Assembly: GCF_009834535.1 (NCBI RefSeq)
Contig: NC_045697.1
Span: 48,424,001 to 48,488,000, forward strand
DNA from: Camelus ferus
Taxonomy: Eukaryota
Length of the DNA: 64,000 nt
Direction of reading: 5' to 3'
Below, one piece after another: positions 37,850 to 49,494 of this stretch; position 1 is the stretch's first letter; each line of letters starts with the position of its first letter. The notes below the pieces were generated by a model. It saw only the letters and a program-made list of their open reading frames with translations, ran no database searches and had not been told where the DNA came from. A program made the position numbers and the translations under genes.

Positions 37850-39280
37850 GCACTAGGTTCGGCGCACCCCTACAGAACCCCACCCCCAAGAGGCGAGCTC
37901 AGCCGCTCCTTTCTTCCCCGGGGCGCATGCGCAGCGCACTCTCCGGCCACCGCACGCCTCTTCCAGCCAGCCCAGGAGGTGCTGACGTCACGGTGGAACC
38001 GAAAAGGAACCCTTCCGCTCCTCCGCGGAAAACGAGTCCACGTACCTTTAGCTTTTCTTAGCTTCCCCACCCCCTCAAAAAATATTCCCTCCTCTCGCCC
38101 CAATACCAGTGACTTCCCTAACCCGTTTCCAATAGCCCAGCTTTTTGCCAGACTTCTCTGTGCGTTCGTTGGACGCAGAAGGCGGCGGAGAGGGAAAAGG
38201 GGGAGGGTGAGACCATTTCGGTGTTGTTTACAAGAAGTGAGACCGTCTAGAAATCGGTCCGCGAGGGCGGAGCCGAGGAAGCCAGCACTTCTTTCTCTCC
38301 TCCCCTCCCTCCCCAGCCTTCCCCGCGAGCGGACGCGGCAGCGCCTCTGTCTCGCTTTTTCTTATTTTTTCCCCCCCTTTCCCCTTCCTTTTTTTTTTTT
38401 TTTTTCCTTTTTCTCCTTTCCCCTCCCTTTCACCATTTCCCCTCGGAGGCGCTTCCCCCGGGCAGGGGCAGAGCCGGTCTCACCCCCCGCCTCTCCCCGG
38501 CCCCCGCCGCCCTATGGCGAGAGGGAACCCCCTCCCCACCTGGGCTCAAGCGGCGGCGGTTGGAGGAGCGGGACCGGCGGCGGCCTCAGGTCCGGGGGCG
38601 TCATGGAACTAATACGCTGACCGACCCACCGGCCGCAGCCGTGCATCCCGCTCCAGCGCGAGCGCCCGCGCCCTCCGGCCCGGTTCCCCCTCTTCTCCCT
38701 CCTCAGTCGGCCCCATCCTTGTCCCGCACGCCCCGCCGCTGCGCGCTGAGGATAATGAGGTGGTAACGGGCCCCTGGATGACCCCGCGTCACCCCTGTGA
38801 GGCCTACAGCTCTGCCGGGGAGGAGGAGGAGGAGGAAGAGGAGGAAGAGGAGGAGAAGGTGAGGGGGCGGGGGGGCTCGACGCGTCCCCGCGATCCGCGC
38901 GCGCACCCCCCTCCACTCCGCGCGGCCGCCGCACGCTCCTCGGCCGAGCCCCGCCCCCCGCCGACCCGCTAGCCTCTCCAGGCACCGACTTCTCGGCACC
39001 TGCCCAGTTTGGAAATGGCTCCACTGGGTTCCCTGTTCGGGCCTTTTTTTTTTTTTTTTTTTTTTTGTCAGCGAGTAACTTTTTTTGTAGCAGTAGCAAA
39101 TTGCCTACTAGTGCGTGTTCTAGGCTCCGCGAGCCTGTGTGATACACAAAGAAGGGGACACACCCCCGCCCCTAGACCTCGGCGCTCCAGTGGGAGCTGG
39201 GGGAAGATCACTTACATTGCAAAGCCGAGGGAAGGCCAGATGGATGAATGGGTGAATCGCCAGCGCAGCGGGAACTCTGG
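37850..39280. promoter_or_regulatory. CCNI: CpG island and promoter of CCNI
   Basis: High GC and CpG content; NRF1 motif GCGCATGCGC 37923-37932, CRE TGACGTCA 37983-37990, CCAAT at 38100 and 38129, forkhead motif TTGTTTAC 38224-38231, GC box ~38263-38272. Confidence 0.92.
38290..38858 (+). other. CCNI: CCNI exon 1 (5' UTR, four uATGs); TSS approximate
   Basis: Pyrimidine-rich start, donor AAG|GTGAGG at 38858/38859, resembles recalled human CCNI 5' UTR. Confidence 0.8.
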
Positions 39281-41499
39281 GGAGGGGAACGTTATCTTGG
39301 GTGTGGGTGAGTAGGTGGGGAAATCTGGAGGGGAGACGAGCCTTGAGTTGCAATCTGAAGGGACAGATGAGAATACTGAAAATCTGCCAGAAAGAAAAAG
39401 GAAAATACCATATGATATCTTTAAAAAAAAAAAAAAAGACACAAACGGATTATTCTGTTAAATGCCGAAAATTTGAGAAGAAAGCAGAAGGCCCTCTGCT
39501 GAGCTGGGGGTTCCACTGCAGATTATTTTGGCAGGATTTGAGAATTGGGTAGCAAAATAGTGGAAGTTATCTCTCGGGAGGTAGAATGGTATCAGACTGA
39601 AGATCTTTTGAATGCCAAGCTAATCTTCAGCTTTTAGTCTGTCAGTGGAAGCCACTCAACGTTTGAGCAGCAGCTATGTGACGTTATGATGCTAATAACA
39701 CTTGTTGAGGCTTATTGTCGAGCAGGCATCATTCTAAGTGGTTTCCAACTCATTGAATCTTCACAAGGGCAGGTAGTTCAGGAGCATGTTACACATGACG
39801 GAAACTGAGGCTCCATAAGTTAATTTTCCCATTAGATGACAGAACCTGGTGCCAGAATTCAAACCCGAGCCATCTGACTATGCTATATAGTTTCTGTCCC
39901 CGAAGAGATTAAAGTAGCGTTATCTGTTTCTAGCCCCTCCAGATCGTTTGTGGCAGACGAAATAGGGAATGAACAAATAGGTTAAGAGAGAACGGACAGG
40001 ATTTAGACTTGCTAGTCAGGACTCAGGCGCATCAGCAATTTTGAGCTTCTGGACTAGAAGAAGTTTCTTAATACTGATGTAGAGCAGACTAGAAGAGTCA
40101 GTGTGTGTTGGAAAGATGCAATAGGGATGATATGCAGTTAAACCGAAATAAGTAAGCTTATGTGGCAATGTGACATCCTAGTAGTTTAGAATGAACTCGA
40201 AATGTTTTTGATCAAGATTGGAAGCTGAGAGTGTGTGTACATGTTTTATTCTGATTGTATAATACTTTTAAAATGAAAAGTATTTGCTTTTCTGTGCATA
40301 TTTCTTCATCTTTAAAAGGGGCTTAATAATACCTTCATGATAATACTGGTTTTTGTTTTTTGAGGATTAAATGAGTTAATATGGCATAGTACTTTGAACA
40401 ATACCTGGCCAAGTAGTGAACACTCAGATTTTTTATTGTTAAACGCTTAAGAAGTGTAAACTATTATTATTTATTTGCCACAGTGCTAACTCTGGAGAGT
40501 GCTCACCATCAAGAAACTTATGATTAGTAGGAGAGACTGGCTTACAAATAATCAGTTATCACGGAGCAATTAAATGCAAAAGTGTAATAATGACCAAGTA
40601 CATATGCAAATGGCAACTCTGTAAGGAGGGAGTAAGCTAGAGAAAGATGATTCAAGTTGAAAGAACAGTGTGTGGAAAGGCATGGAGATTGGGAAAGCAG
40701 GCTGTTTTGGAATACAAGTGACTGTAGTCTCTTATTAAGGAGGTAATAGTAGAACATGAGGTTTTTGTATGGTCACATTAATAAATCCCCCTTTTTTTTT
40801 TAGAAGAGGAACTAATATCCTGAAATCAACACCAGTACAGAATTATTAATGGAGTTGGCATTACAATTATAATAAAAATAATACTTTCACATTAATAAAG
40901 TTGTTTGTTATATACCCAGCACTGTGCAGCACTTTTCCTTGGAAGAGCAGGAGGCCCTATATGTAGATTTGTAATAAATTTTATACTGTACAATAAGCAC
41001 TTTATAAACTGTTCATTCAGACATGAAGCTATTTGATAAGCAGAGAAAGAAGCAAGTAGCAACTGAAAGAATGGGTGAAGTGTGAAATGCATCAAGTTAG
41101 AAATGTGTGGAACATGCCAAGCAAAATACAGTCGTCTTGGTTTTTTAGTTCCTAGAGACTTTCCCCAGCACTCAAAATTCTAGATGTGACCAATAATGGG
41201 CATAAAGTAACAAGATACAACTATAAAGTTTTGCTATTTAGAACAGTAATGTTTTTAGTGTTTGTGTTGTATTCCTTACCAGGATTCATTATTCATCTAA
41301 CTCAAATCTGTTCTACACATTAGAAAACATGTTTGTGGACTATCAGTAAAAGAAGTCAAACTCTAGCCAGTGCTTTCTCCACTGTATCATATTATCTGTC
41401 TTACAAAAAGGAATGTAAAAAAGAAAAAAACCTGGTAATATAAGCACTTTCTCATAAATTATGGGTTTTGTTTTTCTTCTTCTGTGTTCTTAAATTTAC

Positions 41500-42920
41500 T
41501 TGTAAATAATTTTAAAAAGAAACTACCAGAATTCACCTGTTGTTAACCTTTTACTCCATTTGTTTTATCATGTCTTTCCTCCCCCATCCTCCACCCCCTC
41601 TCTGCAGCATTCATTATGACCCTGTACACCTGAACTTTTCAGTGTGTATTTTCTGAGAATTAGGGATATTGTTTTACAGAGTCATAGTAAACTTACTAAT
41701 TTTAGTAGGTTTAACATTGATACATTTACTTTGATGAAGTTCATCTAAATTCTCATTATGTCAATTGACCTGAAAATGACCTTTATAACATTTTTCTCTC
41801 TCCAGTACAGGATCCAGTCTAGGGTCAGATATTGCATTTTCATTTTTCTGTAGCCTGGAAAATCTAGAACATCCCCACGTGTCCTCCATCCTTTTTGTCT
41901 CTCACTTGTATTATTTATACTCCATTTTTTAAAGTTTAAGGAAGTTTGAACTTTCCCCCCCTTTGTTACATTTCTCTATTGTATGCAAAGAATGATTCCT
42001 ATGTTTCTTTGGTTGATACTGTGTATGAAATTGATTTATCAGTGTTAAGCCAACTTTGCATTCCTGGGCTAAATCCCACTTGGCTATGGTGTATAATCCC
42101 TTTTTTATGTTGCCAGATTCAGCTTGCTAGTATTTTGTTGAGGAATTCTGCATCCTTATTTAAAAGAGATATTGGTCTATAGTTTTCTAGTGCTTTTGTC
42201 TTTGGTTTTGGTAGCAGGATAATAACTGGCTTTATATAATGAAAAGTGCTCCTCCTTCATATTTTTTGGAAGAGTGTGTAGAATTTGTACTTATTTTTCT
42301 GTAAATGTTTGGTAGAATTCTCCAGTGAAGCCATTTGGGCATGGGCTTTTCTTTGACGACCTTTGTTTACTGATTCAATCTCTTTATGGCTATTTAAGCT
42401 TTTTAAAATTTCTTAAGTCAGTCTTGATAGTTTGTTTCTAAGTGCTTGTCTGTTTCATCCAAATTGTCCAATTTATTTGTGTAGAATGGTTAATAAAATT
42501 TCTTTATAATCCTTTTTTTATTTCTGTAACATAGTTAGTAATGTCCCCTCTTTATTCCTGATTTTAGTACTTTATCCTTGTTTTTCTCTTGGTCAGTGCA
42601 GCTAAAGGTTTGCCAGTTTTGGTCTTTTCAAAGAACCAACTTTTGGTTTCATTGATTTTTCTCTATTTTTCTGTTCTCTATTTCACTAATTTCTACTCTG
42701 ATATTAATTTTCTTTCTTCTGACTTGCTTTAGGTATAGCTTCATTTACTTTTTCCAGTGTCTTAAGGTGGAAGGTTAGGGTATTGACTTGATATCTTTTT
42801 TAATGTAGATATTTAAAGGTATTTCATTGTTTCCTGTAAGTTTTGGTATATGTTAGATCTTTTAAAATTTATCTCAGAGTATTTTTTAACTTCCTTTATG
42901 ATTTCCTCTTTGACCTGCAT
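41500..42920 (-). mobile_element. Old L1 fragments in CCNI intron 1
   Basis: Antisense ORF2 text such as 'aatcccacttggctatggtgtataatcc', 'gtagaattctccagtgaagccatttggg', 'ttttcaaagaaccaacttttggtttcattg'. Confidence 0.8.
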
Positions 42921-45167
42921 TCCTTTGTTTTCAAAAAGTTGTTATTGCATTTAAATATTTGAAAGTCTTATTAAGGGCCTGAATTACAGGAGATTGAAGA
43001 ACAGGAATCCCTTGAACTTGATCTTATACTTGTTTGCATGATTCTATCCTACATGTCCCTCTCTGTCCCCCACATCCATCCTCCCCTAAAAATAATCTTC
43101 AAAGGGAGCATTGTAAAAGAAAAATAATTATTAGGGGCAGCCAACCATTGGGGTATGTTGAGAAGGCTAGCAGATCCTGGTGAGCCACCCTGTTGAGTGT
43201 AGCTAAGGGAATAAAATAATAAAGTAAGTTTAAAGTTTTGAAAAGAATTAATCATAACTAAAATTAGATTTAGAAGAGATCTTTGAACATATTAAGTACA
43301 ATTTTCAACCAGTACAGGTGTTTCTTCTAAATACCTCTTGACAGGTGATCATCTACTTTATGCTCTATTTCTGAGGTTGATATTTATGTCTGCTTTAGAT
43401 GAAATTATAGTGTGTCTGTTTTTCTAATTGTGGAGAATCTGAGAAAAGTACCAAGTCAACAAAATTGGCATCTCAGAACATCTCAGCAGAATATAACAGT
43501 AGATGGGATTTAATGACTTTTTGGAAAGGATATATATTTAAGGTTCTGAACAACGATGTACCCACCCCCCAACAACCTCCCCCCCAAAAGGGCACCAAAA
43601 CCCCACACACAATGGGGTGGGGGTAGGTTAGGGAAGTTTGCCTGTGAGTGTGTCTTAGAAAGTCTTACAAGTTTTAATTGAGCATAAGTTCTATCTGAAT
43701 TGATAATATGGTGTAGCCTTCAAAAAAAAATAGCTAATGATCTTAGTGTTAACAATTAAACTGGTGCTAATTTAGAAGAGCAAAAATCATGTCATGTGAG
43801 GAACTCTTGAACAGTTTTTCAGCTATGCAAAAAATGAACTGATGAGCATGATGGCAGCCTTCAGACATTTGAAGGATTGGCCTGTGAAAGAGATTACACT
43901 TGGGCTTGTTTGTTTTGGTTATGGTTTTTTGCTTTTAGCTCCAAGGCCTGAAATGAGTCTTTGGTTGAGTCCTTGTTTCATCTGGATACTGTGCTGTGGG
44001 CACTGTGAGTAATAACAACATGATTGGTAGATATGACTGCAAAGGAATTTATAATTTATTAGGGAAGATGGTGAGAAACTGCTTTCAGAAGGGAGAGAAA
44101 TCATGCCAGATGAGAGAATCAAAAGTTCTTAGAAGAAATTACTTTTGAGATGGACCTTTCAGAATAGTTACTATTTTCTCTATCTAAATTATTTACCTTT
44201 TTTTCTTAGTATGAAAAGTACTTCATGTTTGTTATAGAAAATTTTCAAAAACTCGGAAATTTAAAGAAACAAAAAGAAGAAATCACAATCCAGTTAACCA
44301 GAGGCAGTCTGCAATAGGTTGAGTAGCAAGTGAAGTATGTGGGGTGATTAATAGGAAAGAGGATAGTGGCAGGGATGTGGAAATGTAGAAATTGAAAAAA
44401 AAGGTTTGTGGTTGTTTTTTTTTTTTTTTTTTTCAAATTTTAAGTTTTTGTCCGAAATTAGAAACTTTTTATGCTAATTCTAGACATTAAATTTAAAAAA
44501 AAAAAGATTCCCAGGAATCTGAAGCACATGATAATGCAGGCACATAGTTGAAAAAAGGAAATAGTTATATGAGGTCTGCAATGAAAAACAGTATTCTCCT
44601 GCTGCAGGGCTTTCCCACCATTTTCTCACTCCCCAGAGGTTAACAACTCTTAGCTCTTACCTGTTTCTCTTGTTATTTAAGATCATATTTTAAAATAATT
44701 TGACCTACTGCTATTTTTGGTATTTCCATTTTAGATATTATTTATGGTTTTTCTCTATGAAATGCAAATATGAGGCTCTTGTTCTGCTTTCTCCCAATAC
44801 CCCCTATCCTCCCAAGTGTAGTTTTGTCACAATGTTTGTGTTGAAATTTCTATTCAGTATTTCCATTATATTGCTATGTAAATATTATGGTATGTTATTA
44901 TATTTACCTTCTTGCAAAATCTCTTTTTATGAATTTAACCATAGTTCCTTAGCTTTCATCAAATCTATTTAAGTCTTTTCACATTCTAAAGCAGCTTCTC
45001 AATCCAATTTTCTATACACAGTCAAACCTCTATAATTTCCTTTTTTTTTTTTTAAACCTAGAAACATCTCTTGGACTCTCAGTTGCCCTGCATTGATCTA
45101 GACTGTTGCTCTTTGGACTTGCTGCTCATTTTAGAGTATGGGTTACCTTCTTTTTGAGTTTTATAGA

Positions 45168-45367
45168 TCAGCATTGTCCAGTGGAACTTACTGCATTAAT
45201 AGAAGTGTTCCTTTTCTGCACTGTCCAGTGCAGTATCCACTAGCCACATGTGGCAGTTAAGCACTTGAAATGGGACTAGTGTGACTGAGGAATTATATTT
45301 CAACTTTATTAAATTCTAACTTAATAGCTGTATGTATAGCTAGTGGACACTGTATTGTAAGCACAAT
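45168..45367. mobile_element. hAT-Charlie DNA transposon fossil (MER3-like)
   Basis: 'cactagccacatgtggcagttaagcacttgaaatgggactagtgtgactgagg'. Confidence 0.75.
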
Positions 45368-45894
45368 TCAAGATAGTTTCATACTTAAGGAGATGGTTTC
45401 ATACTTGTTAAATGGGAATGGGTGGGATTTGATGTAATTGATGTAACTTTAAATGAAGAGAGAGGTTAGCCCTTATTTGGTTAGATTTTTAAGAGGAATA
45501 TTTGGGACAACTACTTCTAAGAATTTGTAGTCTTAAAAAGCCTGGGACTTAACAATTTTTTGACACAGTAATAATATGTTTTGATCAAGTCCAAAGGTCC
45601 TATTAATTATTTGATCATATTTTTATTCTCTTTATAACTGAATTTCAAATGTAAAGTGAGAATGTTTTAGATAACTGATGATTATTGTAACATTTTAATA
45701 TATGCTATTTTAAAGAGCGATAAAATCCAGTATTGCCTCCTAACGTTTTTATTTTGTTTTATGAATGCTTCATATGTACCAACATATTTGTACAATACTA
45801 TTCTTAATCTATAATTAAATGTAGAGCATTGTTTTATATTTGATTTTATAGGTAGCTACATCAAGCTGGGTGGCAGGCAGATCCAAAGGATATC

Positions 45895-46008
45895 ATGAAG
45901 TTTCCAGGGCCTTTGGAAAACCAGAAATTGTCTTTCCTGTTGGGAAAGGCAATCTCTAGGGAAGCCCAGATGTGGAAGGTGAATGTGCCGAAAATGCCTA
46001 CAAATCAG
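45895..46008 (+). CDS. CCNI: Cyclin I exon 2 coding part (codons 1-38); exon starts at 45852
   Basis: MKFPGPLENQKLSFLLGKAISREAQMWKVNVPKMPTNQ; acceptor ttttatag, donor CAG|GTAATG. Confidence 0.96.
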
Positions 46009-49000
46009 GTAATGATTTCTCTCTTTACTCTAAATAGATGACTTTTATTAGAAATAAGTGTACTACTTGATATGTAATAGTACCTTGAGACTGCATTGGA
46101 GAAATGTGTACCATTAAAGGATATGCTCTATTTTTTATTTGAGAAACATCTCTTTGTTTCATTCTGAAACAAAACAAAAATGAACTGTTCTTGTTTGTGT
46201 ATGTGTTATCTAAGTTACAGCTTTAGGAAGATAAGTATGACTCTTCTTTTTCCTCATAGTCCGATACTGACAGTAGTAAGCCTTCTTTATTTCTATATAT
46301 AGTTAACCATAGAGCCTGGACTTAGTCAAATCCTTGTCTTTAGTGAGCGAAAAATTGCTCTGTCTTTCATGAATGTTTATAAGGAATTCAAATTAACTAC
46401 TAAGGTATTTCCAGTGTTGAAAGCTGCCAGGGAGATAACCAGCTGACCTCTCAATTACTGTTGACTATATGCCGTTTTTTAGAAATTTCATATAATTACA
46501 TCAGAGCTGTTTTTCACAAATAACTTATTCACTTCAATAGCTTACTGTATAAGATATCTTACTTATCTCTTTATCCTTAGTGCCTGACACTGCAAATGAA
46601 AGTATCTAAGTTCCTCCTGTGTTAGTTTTGGTTAACCTTTGTTCATAGGTTATTGAAATCTATATGCTTTTTCTAATTCCAGCCTACTTCTGTCATTCTT
46701 CCCACAAGCTGAAGCATTATGTTTTGTATTTACTATTATTTGTCTTTTAGTGAGTAGAAGATTAGGTAACCTAAATGATTGCCTTTTTTTACTAGGAGCA
46801 TTTGCATGCCATCATATTTAATATATCATTTAATCTTTTGACGTAGGCAGTAGTCCCAGTTTGCTCCAGACTTCAGCTAATAAGTAGTAGTGTTATAATT
46901 TTGAACCTGGGGCCATTCTCTTCCCATTTTACTTTGTTTTTTCATTTTTTATTTTTGTATACTTGTGTGATTTTTAGATAACTTGGGGATTCAGTCATTC
47001 AGTAAATGTTAACATTAAATATCTGTTGTATTCGGAGAACTATTCTAGGCATTGGGGATATAACAGTGAGAAAAACAGAAGTTTTTGCCCCATGTTCTGA
47101 CATTCTAGTAAGCCCCAAAGCTTTCTTAGAGTTGCCTTTAGAACTATTTCTTTTTTCTTCTGCTATCTCCTCCTGTCAGCATGAAACCAACAATGATAGA
47201 TTTTTACAACATGGTCTTCGCAGGTGATACTCTACCCAGATTATATCATATTGCTCTATTATCACTGAATCTGGCTCATTTTAATGGGTGTTTTAATAGA
47301 TATTACTGTTCTGTTCTCTGGTATTACACATGAGTATCAGAACTTCTAAGAGCGATCTATTTAAGGTTTTGCCTTTGGTAATGCCAAATAAAAGCATACT
47401 TATTTCTTATAAAATGTGTGTGGGCTTGGTCTGGTGATAGAAGGTAAGATAGAGATGGCAGTAAAGAGCTATAGGGGCTTGAGCCACTTGACACAGAATA
47501 ACCTTCAAGGAAACAGTTGTCCGAGTTCTAATTCTTCTGTTTTCTTCTGCAGCTCTTATGGACTGGCTTTTCTACTTCCCTTTCTGCTGTTGCTTCTAAC
47601 TATGATTTCCCTCCTTGACTCCTTTTTGCAGAAGAGAAAAATAGTCTTATCTCTAAAGTATATATCTATCTTTTCCAACTTCTCTAATTTTTTTTTTTTC
47701 TGTGCTGGTAAAATGGAAAAATAAAGTATTTTTAACCTTTTTTCCCTCCAGTTTTTTTCTTCTTTCCTGTTTCTCTCTTCACCTAAATCCTACCTCAATG
47801 TCTTTCTCAGTTCTCTTGTAAATTGCATCTCCTATCTTGCAGTTTAGGTCAAGAATATTATACACTTATCACTCCCTTTCTTTATGCTCTCACAGCACTC
47901 TGTACTTCCCATATGATAGCACACAATATTATAATTTCTTGATGGTTTGACTGAGTTCTGTTGGGGTAGAGTTCTGTCACTTTTGTTTCCTGGCATGTAA
48001 TAATAGGCTCACAGTAAACACTTGTTAAATGAGCGATGATAATTATTTCTTTGTAATTCGTCCAGGTTAGAGAAGTTCTTTTATGTAATAGTAGTACTTC
48101 CGAGTACATGGTGATTTTGTTATGAATTTGGGGGAAAAATTGAAGAATGGTTAAAGTGACATGTACTTTCAGGTATTCTCAATTTATTTTGATATACCAA
48201 GATAAAACTGTTTATATAGAGATGATTTTCATTAGAATTTTGAAACTAAGGAACGTTAAAGGCCATTTGATTATGTGATATGCAAATACAGGATCTTGAA
48301 CCTCTGGGCTACTAAGTGTATCAGAATCACTCAGGAGGTGTCTTATAGATTCCAGGCCCCACCCAGACCTACTGGGCTTGTGGCAAATTTGGAAATTCGT
48401 ATTTTAAAAAGCTTTGTAGTTTTATTAATAAGTGTTTGGTTTGGGAAGCAATGATTTAGTCTAACCACACAGTTAAAAAAAAAAAAGTTCTCCTAACATC
48501 TCTGATAAGTGACCCTCTGCTTTGGATACTTTGTCCGTTCCACTGTGGAAAGGCTTGGTGAATTATTGAGAAATTTCTCCTAAATTGAACCTGAAAACTG
48601 CTTCTTTCTAGTGGCCACTTAGTGTTTCTAGTTCTGTCCACTGGAGCAATACAGAATAAATTCATTTCATATTTTAAATGACAGTCCTTTACCTAAAGAC
48701 AGGTGTTAAGCCCACAAAGTCATCTCTTCTCCTGATTGAGTATCTCGTATTCTTCAACCATTTTTCATTTGACAGGATTTCCCCTTTTACCATCCCAGTT
48801 TTTCTTTCTCTATATACACTCTTTTTTTAAAACTGTTTCTTAAATTGTGATATTTGAGTTGTGGTAATTAATGAGCTAATAAAATAGGACTATCACCTCA
48901 CTTTATCTTGGCTTGATAATTTCATTAATATAGCCCTACATTTAAAAAAATTTTTGTTTTGGCAGCAATGTCATGTTGTTGGCTTAATCTAAACTTGCTT

Positions 49001-49249
49001 TTAAAACCTTGTTGTTTTGTCTCTCTACTTTTAAGCAGGAGTTTCCCTTATCCTAGATGTACTTACAAAATTTTTAACTTAGGTGCACTGTTTCTTATTT
49101 ATCCTTACTAAGTTTAGAATTGTTGACACTGGCCCATTTTTCTATCTTTAATATCATGATTGTTATCTAATATATTGACTTCCTGTCATTTTTATACCAT
49201 CTGTGGATTTGATAAATAAATAAATAAATCTATTCCTCCCCCCTGTTTG

Positions 49250-49463
49250 TTTTTTTCTTTTCCATAAGTAAACAGTTTCTTAAAGTGTATACTGTTCATA
49301 AGTGTACAACCGTAAATTTTCACAAAATAACACTTGTGTAACCACCACATTACCAACACCTTCAGAAGCCTTTCTTGTGTCCTCTTAGAGTTACTACCAT
49401 CTATCTCCTCCCCACAAAGAAACCATTATCCTAATATCACAGATAAGTTTTTCCTGGTTTTGA

Positions 49464-49494
<31 letters not shown>

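Noticed and set aside
37979..39147. Long ORFs of 213 aa (+) and 211 aa (-) over the CpG island
   Set aside because: Low-complexity translations expected from GC-rich, stop-poor sequence; no recognisable protein
39385..39445. A-rich segment at the edge of the CpG island
   Set aside because: Looks like a tiny L1 3' remnant, too short to call confidently
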